Virus record (IMG/VR): IMGVR_UViG_3300027851_001140
Coordinates: 1-64,000 of that record
Source: a virus
DNA length: 64,000 nt
Direction: 5' to 3' (one strand)
A program made the translations under genes and the position numbers. This document shows positions 20,201 through 30,563 of this stretch, piece after piece. The notes below the pieces were generated by a model. The model had not been told where the DNA came from. It ran no database searches and saw nothing but the letters and a program-made list of their open reading frames with translations. The first letter of the stretch is position 1; the number at the start of each line of letters is the position of its first letter.

Positions 20201-23200
20201 TCAAACCTTACGTCTAAACACGGGTCTGCCTACGGGATAAAATACATCTGTAGCAGATCCCATAGATACAGTAAAGCGATTTGAGGATCTACTGCCAATG
20301 CCTGTGTCAACTACCATAGATACTTCATCAGTACGCCCTGCTGCCTCTGATCGTACCAAGTAAGATCTACATGCTCCCAAAATCATGGAATAATCAGGAC
20401 TTTCGTCATTGTAGCCAAACACGGTGACTTGTGGTGAATGGTTTCTAGGCAGTTCTCTTCCGTAAGGAGTCAAGGAAGGAGAAGTACCCAAAATGGAAGA
20501 AATAGGGGATATCAGAAGAGAATAACCAGTTTGGTTGGGGACCAAGGAGGCCGGTGACCCAACAAATCCCACTCCTCTTTGTGGCATCCCTGCATAGTCA
20601 GAGGTACCGGGAGAAACAAGACTCGACTCCACAGAAGAGAAGTCTACACCCCACACATCCTCCAACCTTACTCCCCGTGAAAGAGGAGTATATGGATAGT
20701 TAGTAAGTATCTCATTCTGATAGGAACGAAGGTCTGATTCCGAAAAGAACAAGAAAGGAGATGAAGCAACTCTTTCCGGGTTTGGTGGCCAATACCTAAC
20801 TTCTATGCCCCCATATATCTCAGCCTTTGCTCCTATGACTCCAACAAGTATTTGACGCTGAGTGTCGGGGGAAAATACTGCAGAAGACCCTGCTTGCAGA
20901 TCTCCCAACCTCTTATATTCCTGAGGCGAAGTAAACGCTGTTCCTGAACCTATAGTAGATACAGCACCAGTAGAAAGGTTGGTTTGAAGCAACTGAGCAA
21001 GTCCTCCTAATCCAGACCCAGAGGCTTCTGGCATATTTACATCTACAAGTCTAAAACCATTTTGAGATAACCGAAGTACAGCAGATACATAGTCACCAAT
21101 GTTGACGGCCTCTATCGATTGATTTATGATAGACGAGATATAAACCCAACCTCCTGCGGTAGGAAAGGCTGACGATATAAGATCGGTAGCCGTTATAAAT
21201 TCTCGAAGCACAGGAGGAGCCGCTTTGGACAGGGATGTCCCTTGACAAAGTATGTAGGAGTCAAAGCCGAGAGCATCAACAGAAGGTAGGTAGGAAAGTG
21301 CCTCAAAATAGGAAGAGTTTCCGATTCTTACGTAGGAAAGATTGTCAGACCTAACTCTTCCAGATGCTTTTGGCCCTCGAAGGAAATTGTTGGTTCCTAG
21401 GGCACCTCTAAAGCCGATGTCCACACTAAGCTGGTGAGGTACGTAAGACGATCTGTTCACATTGCTGGGACGTGCTACACGTGTGGCGGGTAGGGTTCGA
21501 GGAGAAATCCAAGAAGCTCCAGGCCCAAAGGAAGACACAAAAAGGTCTCCTACGGCTTCAACCACGCCCAAAGACCTGTCCTTAAGGCCAGAAGAAGTAG
21601 AATCTCCCTGGTATACAGGGGTGCGGTAAAAAATACGTAAAGAGTCGGAAGAAGAAAGGGGAACTTGTACAGGGGCCACAACGGCAGCGTACGAGTTCAC
21701 CACGGAACTCTGTCCATACGACACAAAAGAATGCCACGCTGTTCCCTGGTTGCGAGGAGATATAGCTGTGATCTCTTGTGGAGTATAGGACACGCCAGGA
21801 AAGGGGTTATCCGCCGGATTTCGCCACACTCTCCAGGGACCCGCACCCGTACTGACATAGAAAATTAGGTCAGCAGAGTCTAATCCACTAAACACTGAAA
21901 AGGACGAAACACCAGAAGAAGGACCAGCGGCAGTTGCAAAAAGAGCCGACCCTACATCAATGTCGTAGAAAGGCACCAAGTGACTAGTATAAGGAGGAGC
22001 AGAAAATGCGTATGAGGGTCTGGTTCCTCTTTGAATGGTGGAGGTGTTGTTTACCAAAGTGGAGGACCACTGGTAGGGACCACGTATCTGCTTAGAGTTT
22101 GGTGCAAATTCGACCCATTTGTATACCTGGTCCCCTTCGCAGAATACAACAACATCACAAGTAGGCGTACCCGCTACAGCAGCCTCAAAGGTGATGATCA
22201 TACGGGCAAAGCCAGGAACTCCCGCACCATCGTCCAGCTCGACATACCGAATGTTGCTGTTTGCAGCAAATCCAGGTATAGATATGTTCTCTATTCCGTA
22301 CAGGTTTACCTTAGAAGGGTCTACGGACAGAGGACCTTTACCTAAAGCTGCATAGGCAGCCAACACGTCCGCTTGAGTAATAGTGGCAGTAAGACCAACT
22401 ATAGGAATCGTAAGAGCAACTTTTATGGGACCTACATTATAAGAAGTTGTACCGTCTGTAACGTGATACACTTCTTTAGGTACTGCGGTCAATCCTTCAT
22501 TTCCTGGGTAGTCAGAAGAGTTTCGTGGCTCTTTATGCACCCACACGTGAATGTAAAGGCGCGTGTTGGCCGCTACAGTGGAGTGAGAGATAGTAGAAGT
22601 AAAGGATATAAGTTCTCCGCCAGGCCCCAAAACGAGTCCGGCAGGAGAAAACGGAGAGGCCGCAGTAATGGCTCCGGTAGAAATATTAGAGAAGGCTACT
22701 TGTATGTTGTTAGGGGCCAAAGGATCATTAGTAAGATCCACTCCCTCGCCAAAACTAAAGTGGCATCCGCTGGGTGCCCTTACGGTCAGAGTACCGCCAG
22801 AACCTCCTCCGTTCCAGGAAAAGCAAGGATTAATACCGTCATACGATACCGACCCGTCGTTCTGCACTACTGAGGTGTCGTCAAAAGACCACGACATCAA
22901 AAATAGTTCTCTCGACTCGGACCAAACAGCCGTATGACCATCAGGACCATTATTCAAGGTGCGCGCACCAGAAAGAGAAGAATTAGACACGTGGTCTATA
23001 AGAATGTGAGAATACCCAAAAGGTATATTGGGAGAAGGAGAGAATGGATGATTTCTACCTTGAGTTTTCAGTTCTCCCTGCAAAAGGGACTCGTAACTTT
23101 GATCTAAAACATCCTCAAGGTCAGAATCTGTAATAACAGACCTACGTCGAAGGTCCACAATCTCCTCGCTCCAAGGAAGAGTCGCACTGAAGGAGGGGAA

Positions 23201-25243
23201 CCCAGCAGGTAGTGAAGCACCTCCGCTTTGGTTTGTGTTGGAATATGCGTTAGTATTTCGTCTGCTTACTATAGCGATAGGCATGGCATAAACCACAGAC
23301 CCACCTTCTTCGTCTCCGCCTGCCCTAAACCACAATCCAGGATCATTCTTGGAGTAGCCTCCCCATCCTGAACCAAGAAGAGGATGAGTTAGAGCGCCCA
23401 ACGAAGACATAGAGTCGTCTTCATCCGTATAGGAAGTGGAAGCGAGAGGAGAACTAAACACCACAGTACGAATGGAATAGGAAGCTAAGCTGGGTCCCTT
23501 GTTAGGGGTGCGGACAATATCTGTTCCGTACAACTCCCTAGCCACTGAAGAAAACGAATTAGGCTGAGATTCTACGGGAAGCTTGACGAGTTCTAGAACA
23601 ACAATATCTCTTCTAGACTGAGAAGCAGGAGGAGCTGGAAGCAATACATTCTGAGAGTTTATAGATATTTTGTAACCATCTATTGTGATGATTCCCTTGG
23701 GAACGACTATCTCGTTAGCCACTCCAGACGAAACTATTGGAGTCTCGGTGCCAGACAGCCACCCGGCAGCCATCTCTTCCCTATCACCATCTCTTCTTCC
23801 GGTTTCGGAGGAGGCAAAAGTGGAAAGAGCAGTGAGTCCTATTCCAGAATCACTGCGTGGAGCCACATCCCAGACGAATCTCCTGTTACTGGAAAGTGGC
23901 CTAAACTGAGTGATGTAGGCACCAATAGTCTCAGGGTCGGGTGATGTGGTTCCAGGTCTTTTAACCACCAATACCGGAATAGCCAGTATTACTCCATCTA
24001 TCTTCTGTGGGTCTGCTGTTGATGCAACAAACACTCTCTTGTCTGAGGGGTGAGATAGAGTAAATGGTGTGGCATCTACGGACGTAAACAAGCCGTCCAA
24101 AGAAGAAAGAGATGACAAGGAAGAAGAAGGGACACCAGATGCTACCGAATACTGGTAGGTGGTGACAGCAAGGGTAGTAGAGTCTACGTACTCTATACCT
24201 AGAAAATCATAGTTAGGACTCGGATAGGTCTCTAAAAGTTGTTCCAGAGCAGCACTGACCGCAGAAAAAGATGTAGGAGTTCCTGCTTGGTTGTCGTAAG
24301 TAACAGAAGAAGAAGGAACAGCAAGAAGCTGACGCCAAACTTGTAGGTATACAAGGTCGTAACGAGGAGAGGCCCCGACAGGAGGTGCCGAGAGAGTTAG
24401 GGTTCTAGACCTTGTCTTTAGAAATCTTCCGTTGAGAACCCAGTGAGAGGGCTCCATTATCAGCTGGTTAGGGGAGTTTACGGCAGACCAGGGGACTCCG
24501 AAAGAAGTGAGAGAAGAGCCGCCTAGCAAAAATCTACCCAACGGGTCCGTAACAAGAGAGGATACAAGTCCTGTTCCGTCAGTAACCCTAGATTTCTGTG
24601 TAGAAAGAGCGTCACTTCTAGTGACTACTTCGGACAAGTCTAGAGCACCTCCTGCTACTGTCCAGGATCCCGCCGTAGAATCCCAGACATAAACTGTGTT
24701 AGTGTCTAAGGTAATTCTTGCGTCTCCGCTTCTGTTGCCAGTAAGTGGAAGAGCAGCACTATTAGCTACTGGAGATCTCCATCCAGTCTTGCCCAGCTTG
24801 TCAGCCCAATCTCCTACAGAGTAGTCAACCACAACTCCAGGGTCGGTAAGAGATGTGGCCCCAAACGGTACCTCAAACCTAGCAAATGTTACAAAGAAAT
24901 TTCTACTGACACTAGTAAGCCAGGTTGTTTCTGGGACAACCTGAAGGTTAACAATTGGAGAAGTTAGGGTTCTGTACTCTAAGTGAAGAATCAGGTAACT
25001 GATCCGATTGGGCCCGGCTACAGCAGGAGCTGGAACAGACAAAACTTCGGAGGCGTCTGATATTGCTACCATGCCATCATAGCCAGCAGCAATAAATGGA
25101 GCTACAGTAACCTGTAGGGACACTCCCGATGGAGTGAGAGAACCTCCATCAAAAATAGCCCTATCCACAATTCTAGCCTTGGTAGAATTTAGGTCGAGGG
25201 TAGAATCTGCGTTTCTGTATTGAAGAATCGGCCTAACTGCCAC
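20201..25243 (-). CDS. Large baseplate/tail structural protein
   Basis: 1680 aa, beta/Ser-rich, repeated LxxPP..R.DxVxLxV modules; follows the baseplate genes. Confidence 0.65.
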   Translation of the reverse strand: MAVRPILQYRNADSTLDLNSTKARIVDRAIFDGGSLTPSGVSLQVTVAPFIAAGYDGMVAISDASEVLSVPAPAVAGPNRISYLILHLEYRTLTSPIVNLQVVPETTWLTSVSRNFFVTFARFEVPFGATSLTDPGVVVDYSVGDWADKLGKTGWRSPVANSAALPLTGNRSGDARITLDTNTVYVWDSTAGSWTVAGGALDLSEVVTRSDALSTQKSRVTDGTGLVSSLVTDPLGRFLLGGSSLTSFGVPWSAVNSPNQLIMEPSHWVLNGRFLKTRSRTLTLSAPPVGASPRYDLVYLQVWRQLLAVPSSSVTYDNQAGTPTSFSAVSAALEQLLETYPSPNYDFLGIEYVDSTTLAVTTYQYSVASGVPSSSLSSLSSLDGLFTSVDATPFTLSHPSDKRVFVASTADPQKIDGVILAIPVLVVKRPGTTSPDPETIGAYITQFRPLSSNRRFVWDVAPRSDSGIGLTALSTFASSETGRRDGDREEMAAGWLSGTETPIVSSGVANEIVVPKGIITIDGYKISINSQNVLLPAPPASQSRRDIVVLELVKLPVESQPNSFSSVARELYGTDIVRTPNKGPSLASYSIRTVVFSSPLASTSYTDEDDSMSSLGALTHPLLGSGWGGYSKNDPGLWFRAGGDEEGGSVVYAMPIAIVSRRNTNAYSNTNQSGGASLPAGFPSFSATLPWSEEIVDLRRRSVITDSDLEDVLDQSYESLLQGELKTQGRNHPFSPSPNIPFGYSHILIDHVSNSSLSGARTLNNGPDGHTAVWSESRELFLMSWSFDDTSVVQNDGSVSYDGINPCFSWNGGGSGGTLTVRAPSGCHFSFGEGVDLTNDPLAPNNIQVAFSNISTGAITAASPFSPAGLVLGPGGELISFTSTISHSTVAANTRLYIHVWVHKEPRNSSDYPGNEGLTAVPKEVYHVTDGTTSYNVGPIKVALTIPIVGLTATITQADVLAAYAALGKGPLSVDPSKVNLYGIENISIPGFAANSNIRYVELDDGAGVPGFARMIITFEAAVAGTPTCDVVVFCEGDQVYKWVEFAPNSKQIRGPYQWSSTLVNNTSTIQRGTRPSYAFSAPPYTSHLVPFYDIDVGSALFATAAGPSSGVSSFSVFSGLDSADLIFYVSTGAGPWRVWRNPADNPFPGVSYTPQEITAISPRNQGTAWHSFVSYGQSSVVNSYAAVVAPVQVPLSSSDSLRIFYRTPVYQGDSTSSGLKDRSLGVVEAVGDLFVSSFGPGASWISPRTLPATRVARPSNVNRSSYVPHQLSVDIGFRGALGTNNFLRGPKASGRVRSDNLSYVRIGNSSYFEALSYLPSVDALGFDSYILCQGTSLSKAAPPVLREFITATDLISSAFPTAGGWVYISSIINQSIEAVNIGDYVSAVLRLSQNGFRLVDVNMPEASGSGLGGLAQLLQTNLSTGAVSTIGSGTAFTSPQEYKRLGDLQAGSSAVFSPDTQRQILVGVIGAKAEIYGGIEVRYWPPNPERVASSPFLFFSESDLRSYQNEILTNYPYTPLSRGVRLEDVWGVDFSSVESSLVSPGTSDYAGMPQRGVGFVGSPASLVPNQTGYSLLISPISSILGTSPSLTPYGRELPRNHSPQVTVFGYNDESPDYSMILGACRSYLVRSEAAGRTDEVSMVVDTGIGSRSSNRFTVSMGSATDVFYPVGRPVFRRKV

Positions 25244-25254
25244 AGCAACACCTA

Positions 25255-25731
25255 CTATAGTTGGATAAACACTTCGTAAACAAATCTATCCGTTGGGGTC
25301 TTGAATCTCAAAGGAAAATTAGCAATCGCAAAAAGAAACTGAGTACCTATTTCCGGATCTCCTGGAATGGGTGAGTAAACCACGGTTCCCAGTAGACACA
25401 AAGAACTTACAGCTCCTGTAGCTTCTCCAGGCTCGACTGATGCAGTGAACACAGGGCAAGAAAAGCTAGCAAAGCTCACAGCGTCTATCGTGTCAACAAG
25501 AGAACACCCCCCAGCAACAGTAATAGACTCAGCAGAGGCGCCTAAGGGACCACAGTAACAACCTGTGCGAGCAGGATCCGGGGTAATTGCAAGAGTGGGG
25601 TCTACAGCGTCATGTCCGTTGGCGCCCACAACAAAAGTATCGACAACAAAGCTCTTCCCAGTAGCCAGCATGTCGGCAATTCGAGCTTTACCTTGGTTCG
25701 TAACTATAGCGAGAGCTTCAATAGCGGGCAT
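25255..25731 (-). CDS. Tail fibre/baseplate attachment protein (DUF3751-like)
   Basis: IVTNQGKARIA..FVVG..LFAIANFP. Confidence 0.6.
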   Translation of the reverse strand: MPAIEALAIVTNQGKARIADMLATGKSFVVDTFVVGANGHDAVDPTLAITPDPARTGCYCGPLGASAESITVAGGCSLVDTIDAVSFASFSCPVFTASVEPGEATGAVSSLCLLGTVVYSPIPGDPEIGTQFLFAIANFPLRFKTPTDRFVYEVFIQL

Positions 25732-25811
25732 TAGGTTGCACCTGTGGGTAGATAAGGACCATTACCTCTACTATTTAGAGCGCAAGTGAGGCATTAGCTA
25801 TCTTTTACTGG

Positions 25812-27299
25812 TTAGGGCAATACAGTCAAGCTAGAAAATGAGCTTGTGGAAATAGGAACCGACACACCCAGTAAAGAAGACACAGCAAGAGTAGCTTGTG
25901 GTCTAGAGAAGCAGCAGTCCAGGTCTTCGAACAAAGATACTTCAGGAATGGTTGAATCTAAGCAGGATCCGCCATCAAATCTATCAACCAAAGGAAGGCC
26001 GTACCACCCATCACCCAAGGGGTCGGAGTCCTCCCTAGAATCTAGAGGAAGTCCGCTATCGAAAGGTATACTACCTTCGTACCTTACACTTACAGATCTT
26101 CCAGGATTTCCAGAGGGAATTACCAGTCTCTGGGTACCTGGAACAAAAGTAGCGGATAGAAGAGCGCCTCCCAAAGGGTCTATGACTGTAACCGATACTA
26201 TTCTTTCAGGCGGGTTAGACAACTCAGCATAGGCTGCTCCCACAATTCCAGTTTCTGCTCCAGTGATATCTATCAAAAATGAAGCAGGAGACAAAACTTC
26301 GGAAAAAAGAGAAGAGCTGTCTAACCTAAGACGCCCCAGAGCCAACTCCGACACTACGTCAAACGGATATCGCCAAGCACAAAAAGCAATCTCTGATTCT
26401 ATAGTTAGGGCAACAGAGACTACAATAGGAAAACAGTCCTGCGTGAGAAGGTCTATGATAGAACAAGAACCTCCGTCAAAATCAAAAAGATGAGATTCAG
26501 GGCGACCTAAGAAATTAAGACGAACTAACTCGTCGCTGACTGAGGTAAGTTCAGCAATGGACGGGTCCAGATTGTCCATAAGCTTGATAAAGGCAGCCCA
26601 GCTTCCTACGCACAGGTTTGGAGTCCAAACATGAAACGCAAATCCGCCTTCATCGTGGGCTGTAGAGAACAAATCACGAACCGAGGGCTCAAAAAACTCT
26701 AAGTCTACTGTTGTCGGCCTTACAACAGGAGTGGTGTTAGAAGCAGCAGTAACAATGTCGTCCACTCCACGAGTAGACGGACTTTCGTTAATTAGACTCC
26801 TTACAGCCAACTTTCCTGCCAAGACTCTCATGGCACGTGTGGGTGGGAGGAGAGATTGGAAGCCTATCTGGTGCTCTGTTGCCCGAAGAGACAGATCACT
26901 GTTCAGCTGGTTTCTTGCATCTTGAAAGTTTATGTCTATGCTATAGAAGTAATCCTCAGAATATCCTCGAATTAGGGTCGCATAGTTAGTGGCTACCACC
27001 AATAACAAAAAGCTTTCAGAGGTAGAACGTACCTGAATGAAGTTCTTTCCTGGAAGTAATCTGATAAAAATCTGGACAGAGGGAGAAGATAAAACTACTG
27101 TGCGAAGTAGCTTGTCATTCAAAAACACCTGAACAACGTCTCCCACATCTCCTTCCAACAAAAATGGTGTGTCGGAGGAAAAGGGAAGGGGCAACACCAC
27201 AGGTCCTGTATGCCACTGTATTCCTTCTGGAATACTAGCTATCAACTCCTGATATAGGGTCTCATAAGGCTGAGTGTTCGGTGTAATACGTAGAGTCAT
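25812..27299 (-). CDS. Putative baseplate wedge protein (tail protein I/gp7-like position)
   Basis: Downstream of baseplate J; STRGVDDIVTA motif. Confidence 0.45.
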   Translation of the reverse strand: MTLRITPNTQPYETLYQELIASIPEGIQWHTGPVVLPLPFSSDTPFLLEGDVGDVVQVFLNDKLLRTVVLSSPSVQIFIRLLPGKNFIQVRSTSESFLLLVVATNYATLIRGYSEDYFYSIDINFQDARNQLNSDLSLRATEHQIGFQSLLPPTRAMRVLAGKLAVRSLINESPSTRGVDDIVTAASNTTPVVRPTTVDLEFFEPSVRDLFSTAHDEGGFAFHVWTPNLCVGSWAAFIKLMDNLDPSIAELTSVSDELVRLNFLGRPESHLFDFDGGSCSIIDLLTQDCFPIVVSVALTIESEIAFCAWRYPFDVVSELALGRLRLDSSSLFSEVLSPASFLIDITGAETGIVGAAYAELSNPPERIVSVTVIDPLGGALLSATFVPGTQRLVIPSGNPGRSVSVRYEGSIPFDSGLPLDSREDSDPLGDGWYGLPLVDRFDGGSCLDSTIPEVSLFEDLDCCFSRPQATLAVSSLLGVSVPISTSSFSSLTVLP

Positions 27300-27835
27300 C
27301 AGTAACTAAAGAAATGGGGAGGAAACATTGGAACTGGACCGGGTGGAGAAGAGGGAACAGCAGCAGAACTCTGGCTCCTTCGTTCCAAGAAGAACACCAA
27401 TATCTCTATTTCGTTGGCAGTGGTAGCAAGTAAGTCTTCCAGACCCAATGTCAGCATTCCTTCTTTCTTTAACGAGGAAGAGAGACGACGAAACTTACGC
27501 GACAAAGAAAGGAGTTCCTGATAGAAGAATAAGGATGTGCTATCGGCGCTTAGAAGAGCCTCTTTTAGAGGCGGACCCAGAGTCTTCATCCTAGAATACA
27601 CATACTTAGCCTGTTGCAATGGGTCTACGTACTTTTCGTCATCAAATTGAGCCATCGCAGTGAGGCGTTCAGCTAATGGGTCAAGAAGGTCAGACAACTT
27701 CTCATAAATTTGACCATACAAGGTGTGGTCGCTGTAACTGGTGGGACCAAACACCCTCCAGTGCGCTGTTTGAGAGGCTATGGACCAGAATCTAAGCTCC
27801 CACACCAAATTAGACAATTTTTGTATACAAGACAT
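27299..27835 (-). CDS. Dps/ferritin-like protein
   Basis: AHWRVFGPTSYSDHTLYGQIYEKLSDLLDPLAER matches the Dps H-W..G...H...D..AER signature. Confidence 0.7.
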   Translation of the reverse strand: MSCIQKLSNLVWELRFWSIASQTAHWRVFGPTSYSDHTLYGQIYEKLSDLLDPLAERLTAMAQFDDEKYVDPLQQAKYVYSRMKTLGPPLKEALLSADSTSLFFYQELLSLSRKFRRLSSSLKKEGMLTLGLEDLLATTANEIEILVFFLERRSQSSAAVPSSPPGPVPMFPPHFFSY

Positions 27836-27841
27836 GAGATA

Positions 27842-28120
27842 TCACCGTGGTACTGAACGAGGAGGAATAACATTTTGACGAGAAGTGAACCCCGAAGGAG
27901 AAGATTTTCCAGTCCCTTTGTCTAGGTCAGACACGTCCTTAATATAATGACCGGGTCCTCTGCCATGATCTCCTCCTGAAAGTCCACCTGGAGGACCAGA
28001 CCAACGGTCTTCCTCAGGAAGAGCCCCATCATGCGGAAAAAGACTGAGTCCAGGACCAGGATACTGTTTAGAATCTGAGACACGGTCTATTGAATTAAAG
28101 TCCAGAAATCTATGGCTCAT
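27842..28120 (-). CDS. Hypothetical low-complexity protein
   Basis: ATGA overlap with baseplate J. Confidence 0.45.
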   Translation of the reverse strand: MSHRFLDFNSIDRVSDSKQYPGPGLSLFPHDGALPEEDRWSGPPGGLSGGDHGRGPGHYIKDVSDLDKGTGKSSPSGFTSRQNVIPPRSVPR

Positions 28121-29517
28121 CTTCTTACCTCCACAGTTATTAGTGAATCTGAGGTCTGTGGGTATTCAAAGGGTCTAAATTCTATGGTTTCGACAGGGAT
28201 AGTTCCCGTTAAGTCGCGAGTAAATTCCAGTATTGATATGTTGGAGACTCCTGCGACGTCGGAAGATAGTCGAGATCTTAGGTCATTGGCGAATAAAATA
28301 CCAACGAATTCTTCACGATTAACGAAAGAACTAATAGTAGAAAAGGCGGCAGCGGTTGCATCTGTTTCATCAAAGGAAGACAATATTTGAATTAGTACCC
28401 TAACTCTTATAGGAATTGGGATTGCCTTCCTTATCAGAATGTCAGACCGGTAGAGTTCTACCCCGATTCTATTTACGTAGTCTTGCGTATCTCTTACCAG
28501 CTTGTCGTAAACGTAAGTTATAGTCACACTTTCGTTTACCCCTGGAATTACGTCAAGTTCCACCCTATCATTGGCTTGAGTAGAACTTCTGTATTGAAAA
28601 GTTGTGTCGGGTAAAAATCTAAATCCTGTTGAAACATTTCCAATTCTTGTGGATATAACCTCTACGACAGGAGCAAGCGGAAGTGAAAATGTTCTCTGAG
28701 AGGCATTTCCCACATAGGTTACTTCGGCAGTTTCAGTGGTGGAGCCTATTAGGTAAATATCCCAAGAAGACCTACGAGTACGCCTGCGGAAATTATCTGT
28801 GTCAGAACTGAATATCATCTGCACATCATTGATGGAAGAAGTGTCAAATTGACGTATAAGCTGAGAGAGTCCGTCTCCTGACCCAAGGGCAAGTCCGTTA
28901 AACTTAGCGCGAATTCTGGCTCCAAATCTAGATATGCTCTCAAATTCGGTGCTTCCAGAGATTCTTTCTCTATTGACTACTCCGTCTATTCCTTCCACAT
29001 TTGTCTGAATTCTAGAGATCCTATTGGGTGGTACCTCGAATAAACTACCTGCCCCTAGAGCTTCAACGGGGGCTCTAACTTCATAGCGCCGAGTGGAGGC
29101 GTTAAAAAAAGACCCAAGACTGGACCCTAGTATGAAAGCATCTCGAAGAGTCCTAAAGGATATACTGGGATCCGATGTGGAGACTACGGTTCCAGCAGGA
29201 ATAACCAGTACCTCGTCAGAAGAAGGAGGGGAAAACGTGAAAAAGGTTACATTTCCACGTGCGGCTCTTCCCTGGGATCTCCTAAGTCCATGGTTGGCAC
29301 CATACAGCTGCAGAACCTCTACATTTTGGGATAGAACATAGTCGAGACTGAATCTTCTAGATAGGTCGTCGTATAAAAGCTCAACAGCCCTAAGCTGCGC
29401 TGCTTGGGGTCTAATGAAGAGATCGAAGATAGGACCCTTCAACGTGTCAATGGAAGGGTCCTGATTTTCTATCGAATCAGCTAAGGACTGTTCTATCTGT
29501 CTAAGAGTTCTGGCCAT
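28117..29517 (-). CDS. Baseplate J-like wedge protein
   Basis: YGANHGLRRSQGRAARGNVTF, IPAGTVVST, VEALGAG, GIDGVVN..ISGSTEFES. Confidence 0.85.
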   Translation of the reverse strand: MARTLRQIEQSLADSIENQDPSIDTLKGPIFDLFIRPQAAQLRAVELLYDDLSRRFSLDYVLSQNVEVLQLYGANHGLRRSQGRAARGNVTFFTFSPPSSDEVLVIPAGTVVSTSDPSISFRTLRDAFILGSSLGSFFNASTRRYEVRAPVEALGAGSLFEVPPNRISRIQTNVEGIDGVVNRERISGSTEFESISRFGARIRAKFNGLALGSGDGLSQLIRQFDTSSINDVQMIFSSDTDNFRRRTRRSSWDIYLIGSTTETAEVTYVGNASQRTFSLPLAPVVEVISTRIGNVSTGFRFLPDTTFQYRSSTQANDRVELDVIPGVNESVTITYVYDKLVRDTQDYVNRIGVELYRSDILIRKAIPIPIRVRVLIQILSSFDETDATAAAFSTISSFVNREEFVGILFANDLRSRLSSDVAGVSNISILEFTRDLTGTIPVETIEFRPFEYPQTSDSLITVEVRR

Positions 29518-30014
29518 CAGATACCAATGTCATCAGTAATAGCAGATCCTGGAAGATTTGGTTTGGATCCGGGAAGAAATTGATGACGAAGCTGAACTAA
29601 GAAACTGGTAGGAACCACGTCAGGTCCGTCAAATGGAGTCACATCGACATAGAATATGTAACCAGTCCTGGAAAACTGTACTACTCGGATAGTTCCTATG
29701 GATTCTATCGCCTCGAAAGAAGTAAGCTGATCCAGGCGCGTATTTTGTAATTCTTGTAGTCTCTCTATTGCCTCTCGCACCAATGTCTTGATGTATCCTC
29801 GACCGACTAGACCGATTGGACCCGATCTGGACTGAGAATTTATAGTTTCTATGTTAGCGAGCTGAGACCCGTAACTACGTTCTGGGTCGTATTCGGTCAT
29901 GAGCGCATCGGCTACGTCTTGACTGAGCTTATGTATTCCTTCTATGAGAATCGGACGACCATTACTATCGTCAAAAACTATGTCTCCGTCTCTCTTTTTT
30001 AGAGTTCTAGCCAT
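29517..30014 (-). CDS. gp25/GPW-like baseplate wedge (sheath initiator)
   Basis: DGDIVFD..GIHKLSQDV..YGSQL; directly upstream of baseplate J. Confidence 0.7.
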   Translation of the reverse strand: MARTLKKRDGDIVFDDSNGRPILIEGIHKLSQDVADALMTEYDPERSYGSQLANIETINSQSRSGPIGLVGRGYIKTLVREAIERLQELQNTRLDQLTSFEAIESIGTIRVVQFSRTGYIFYVDVTPFDGPDVVPTSFLVQLRHQFLPGSKPNLPGSAITDDIGI

Positions 30015-30559
30015 TATTCGTACTCCAGTAACACTCTTATCCAGGATTGAAGTTCTTGCCGTAACTCTGTGGATCCAGACGATTCCTGCCGAGAAGCCAA
30101 GACGGATAAAACAGAACTGTTAAACACATGCCTATCTCTGGCTGACACTATATCTCCCATAGACCTAGTGACCGCCTCCTGTAGAAGAGAAGCTTCCTCC
30201 ACATCAGAAAATCCCTCTAAGGAAGAAGCAAGCGATTCTCTGGTTTGGTCATATAGGTCTGTCAGCTGCTGAAACATTCTCTGGTTTTCAGATTCATTTC
30301 TCTGCTCTTCTTCCAGGAATTCAGAAAACAGTTGGTTTCTCAGGTCAACTTGGTTCGGATCGTTGTCCAACACCACCCTAAAAAATGAGGACACAGAATT
30401 TAGAGTAGGAGTAGGAGTGAGTATAAGGTAGGATTCAAATTCTTGACTTATTTCTGTTTCGGTGTTGTCCACCGATCGATAAAGCTCAGGACGATCACCT
30501 TCTTCACGAGATAATCTAGTAACTATTTCCGCTTCTTCGAGAGTAAGTCTTCTAGGCAT
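30014..30559 (-). CDS. Hypothetical protein
   Basis: Likely start ATG 30559 (MPRRLT). Confidence 0.5.
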   Translation of the reverse strand: MPRRLTLEEAEIVTRLSREEGDRPELYRSVDNTETEISQEFESYLILTPTPTLNSVSSFFRVVLDNDPNQVDLRNQLFSEFLEEEQRNESENQRMFQQLTDLYDQTRESLASSLEGFSDVEEASLLQEAVTRSMGDIVSARDRHVFNSSVLSVLASRQESSGSTELRQELQSWIRVLLEYE

Positions 30560-30563
30560 GATA

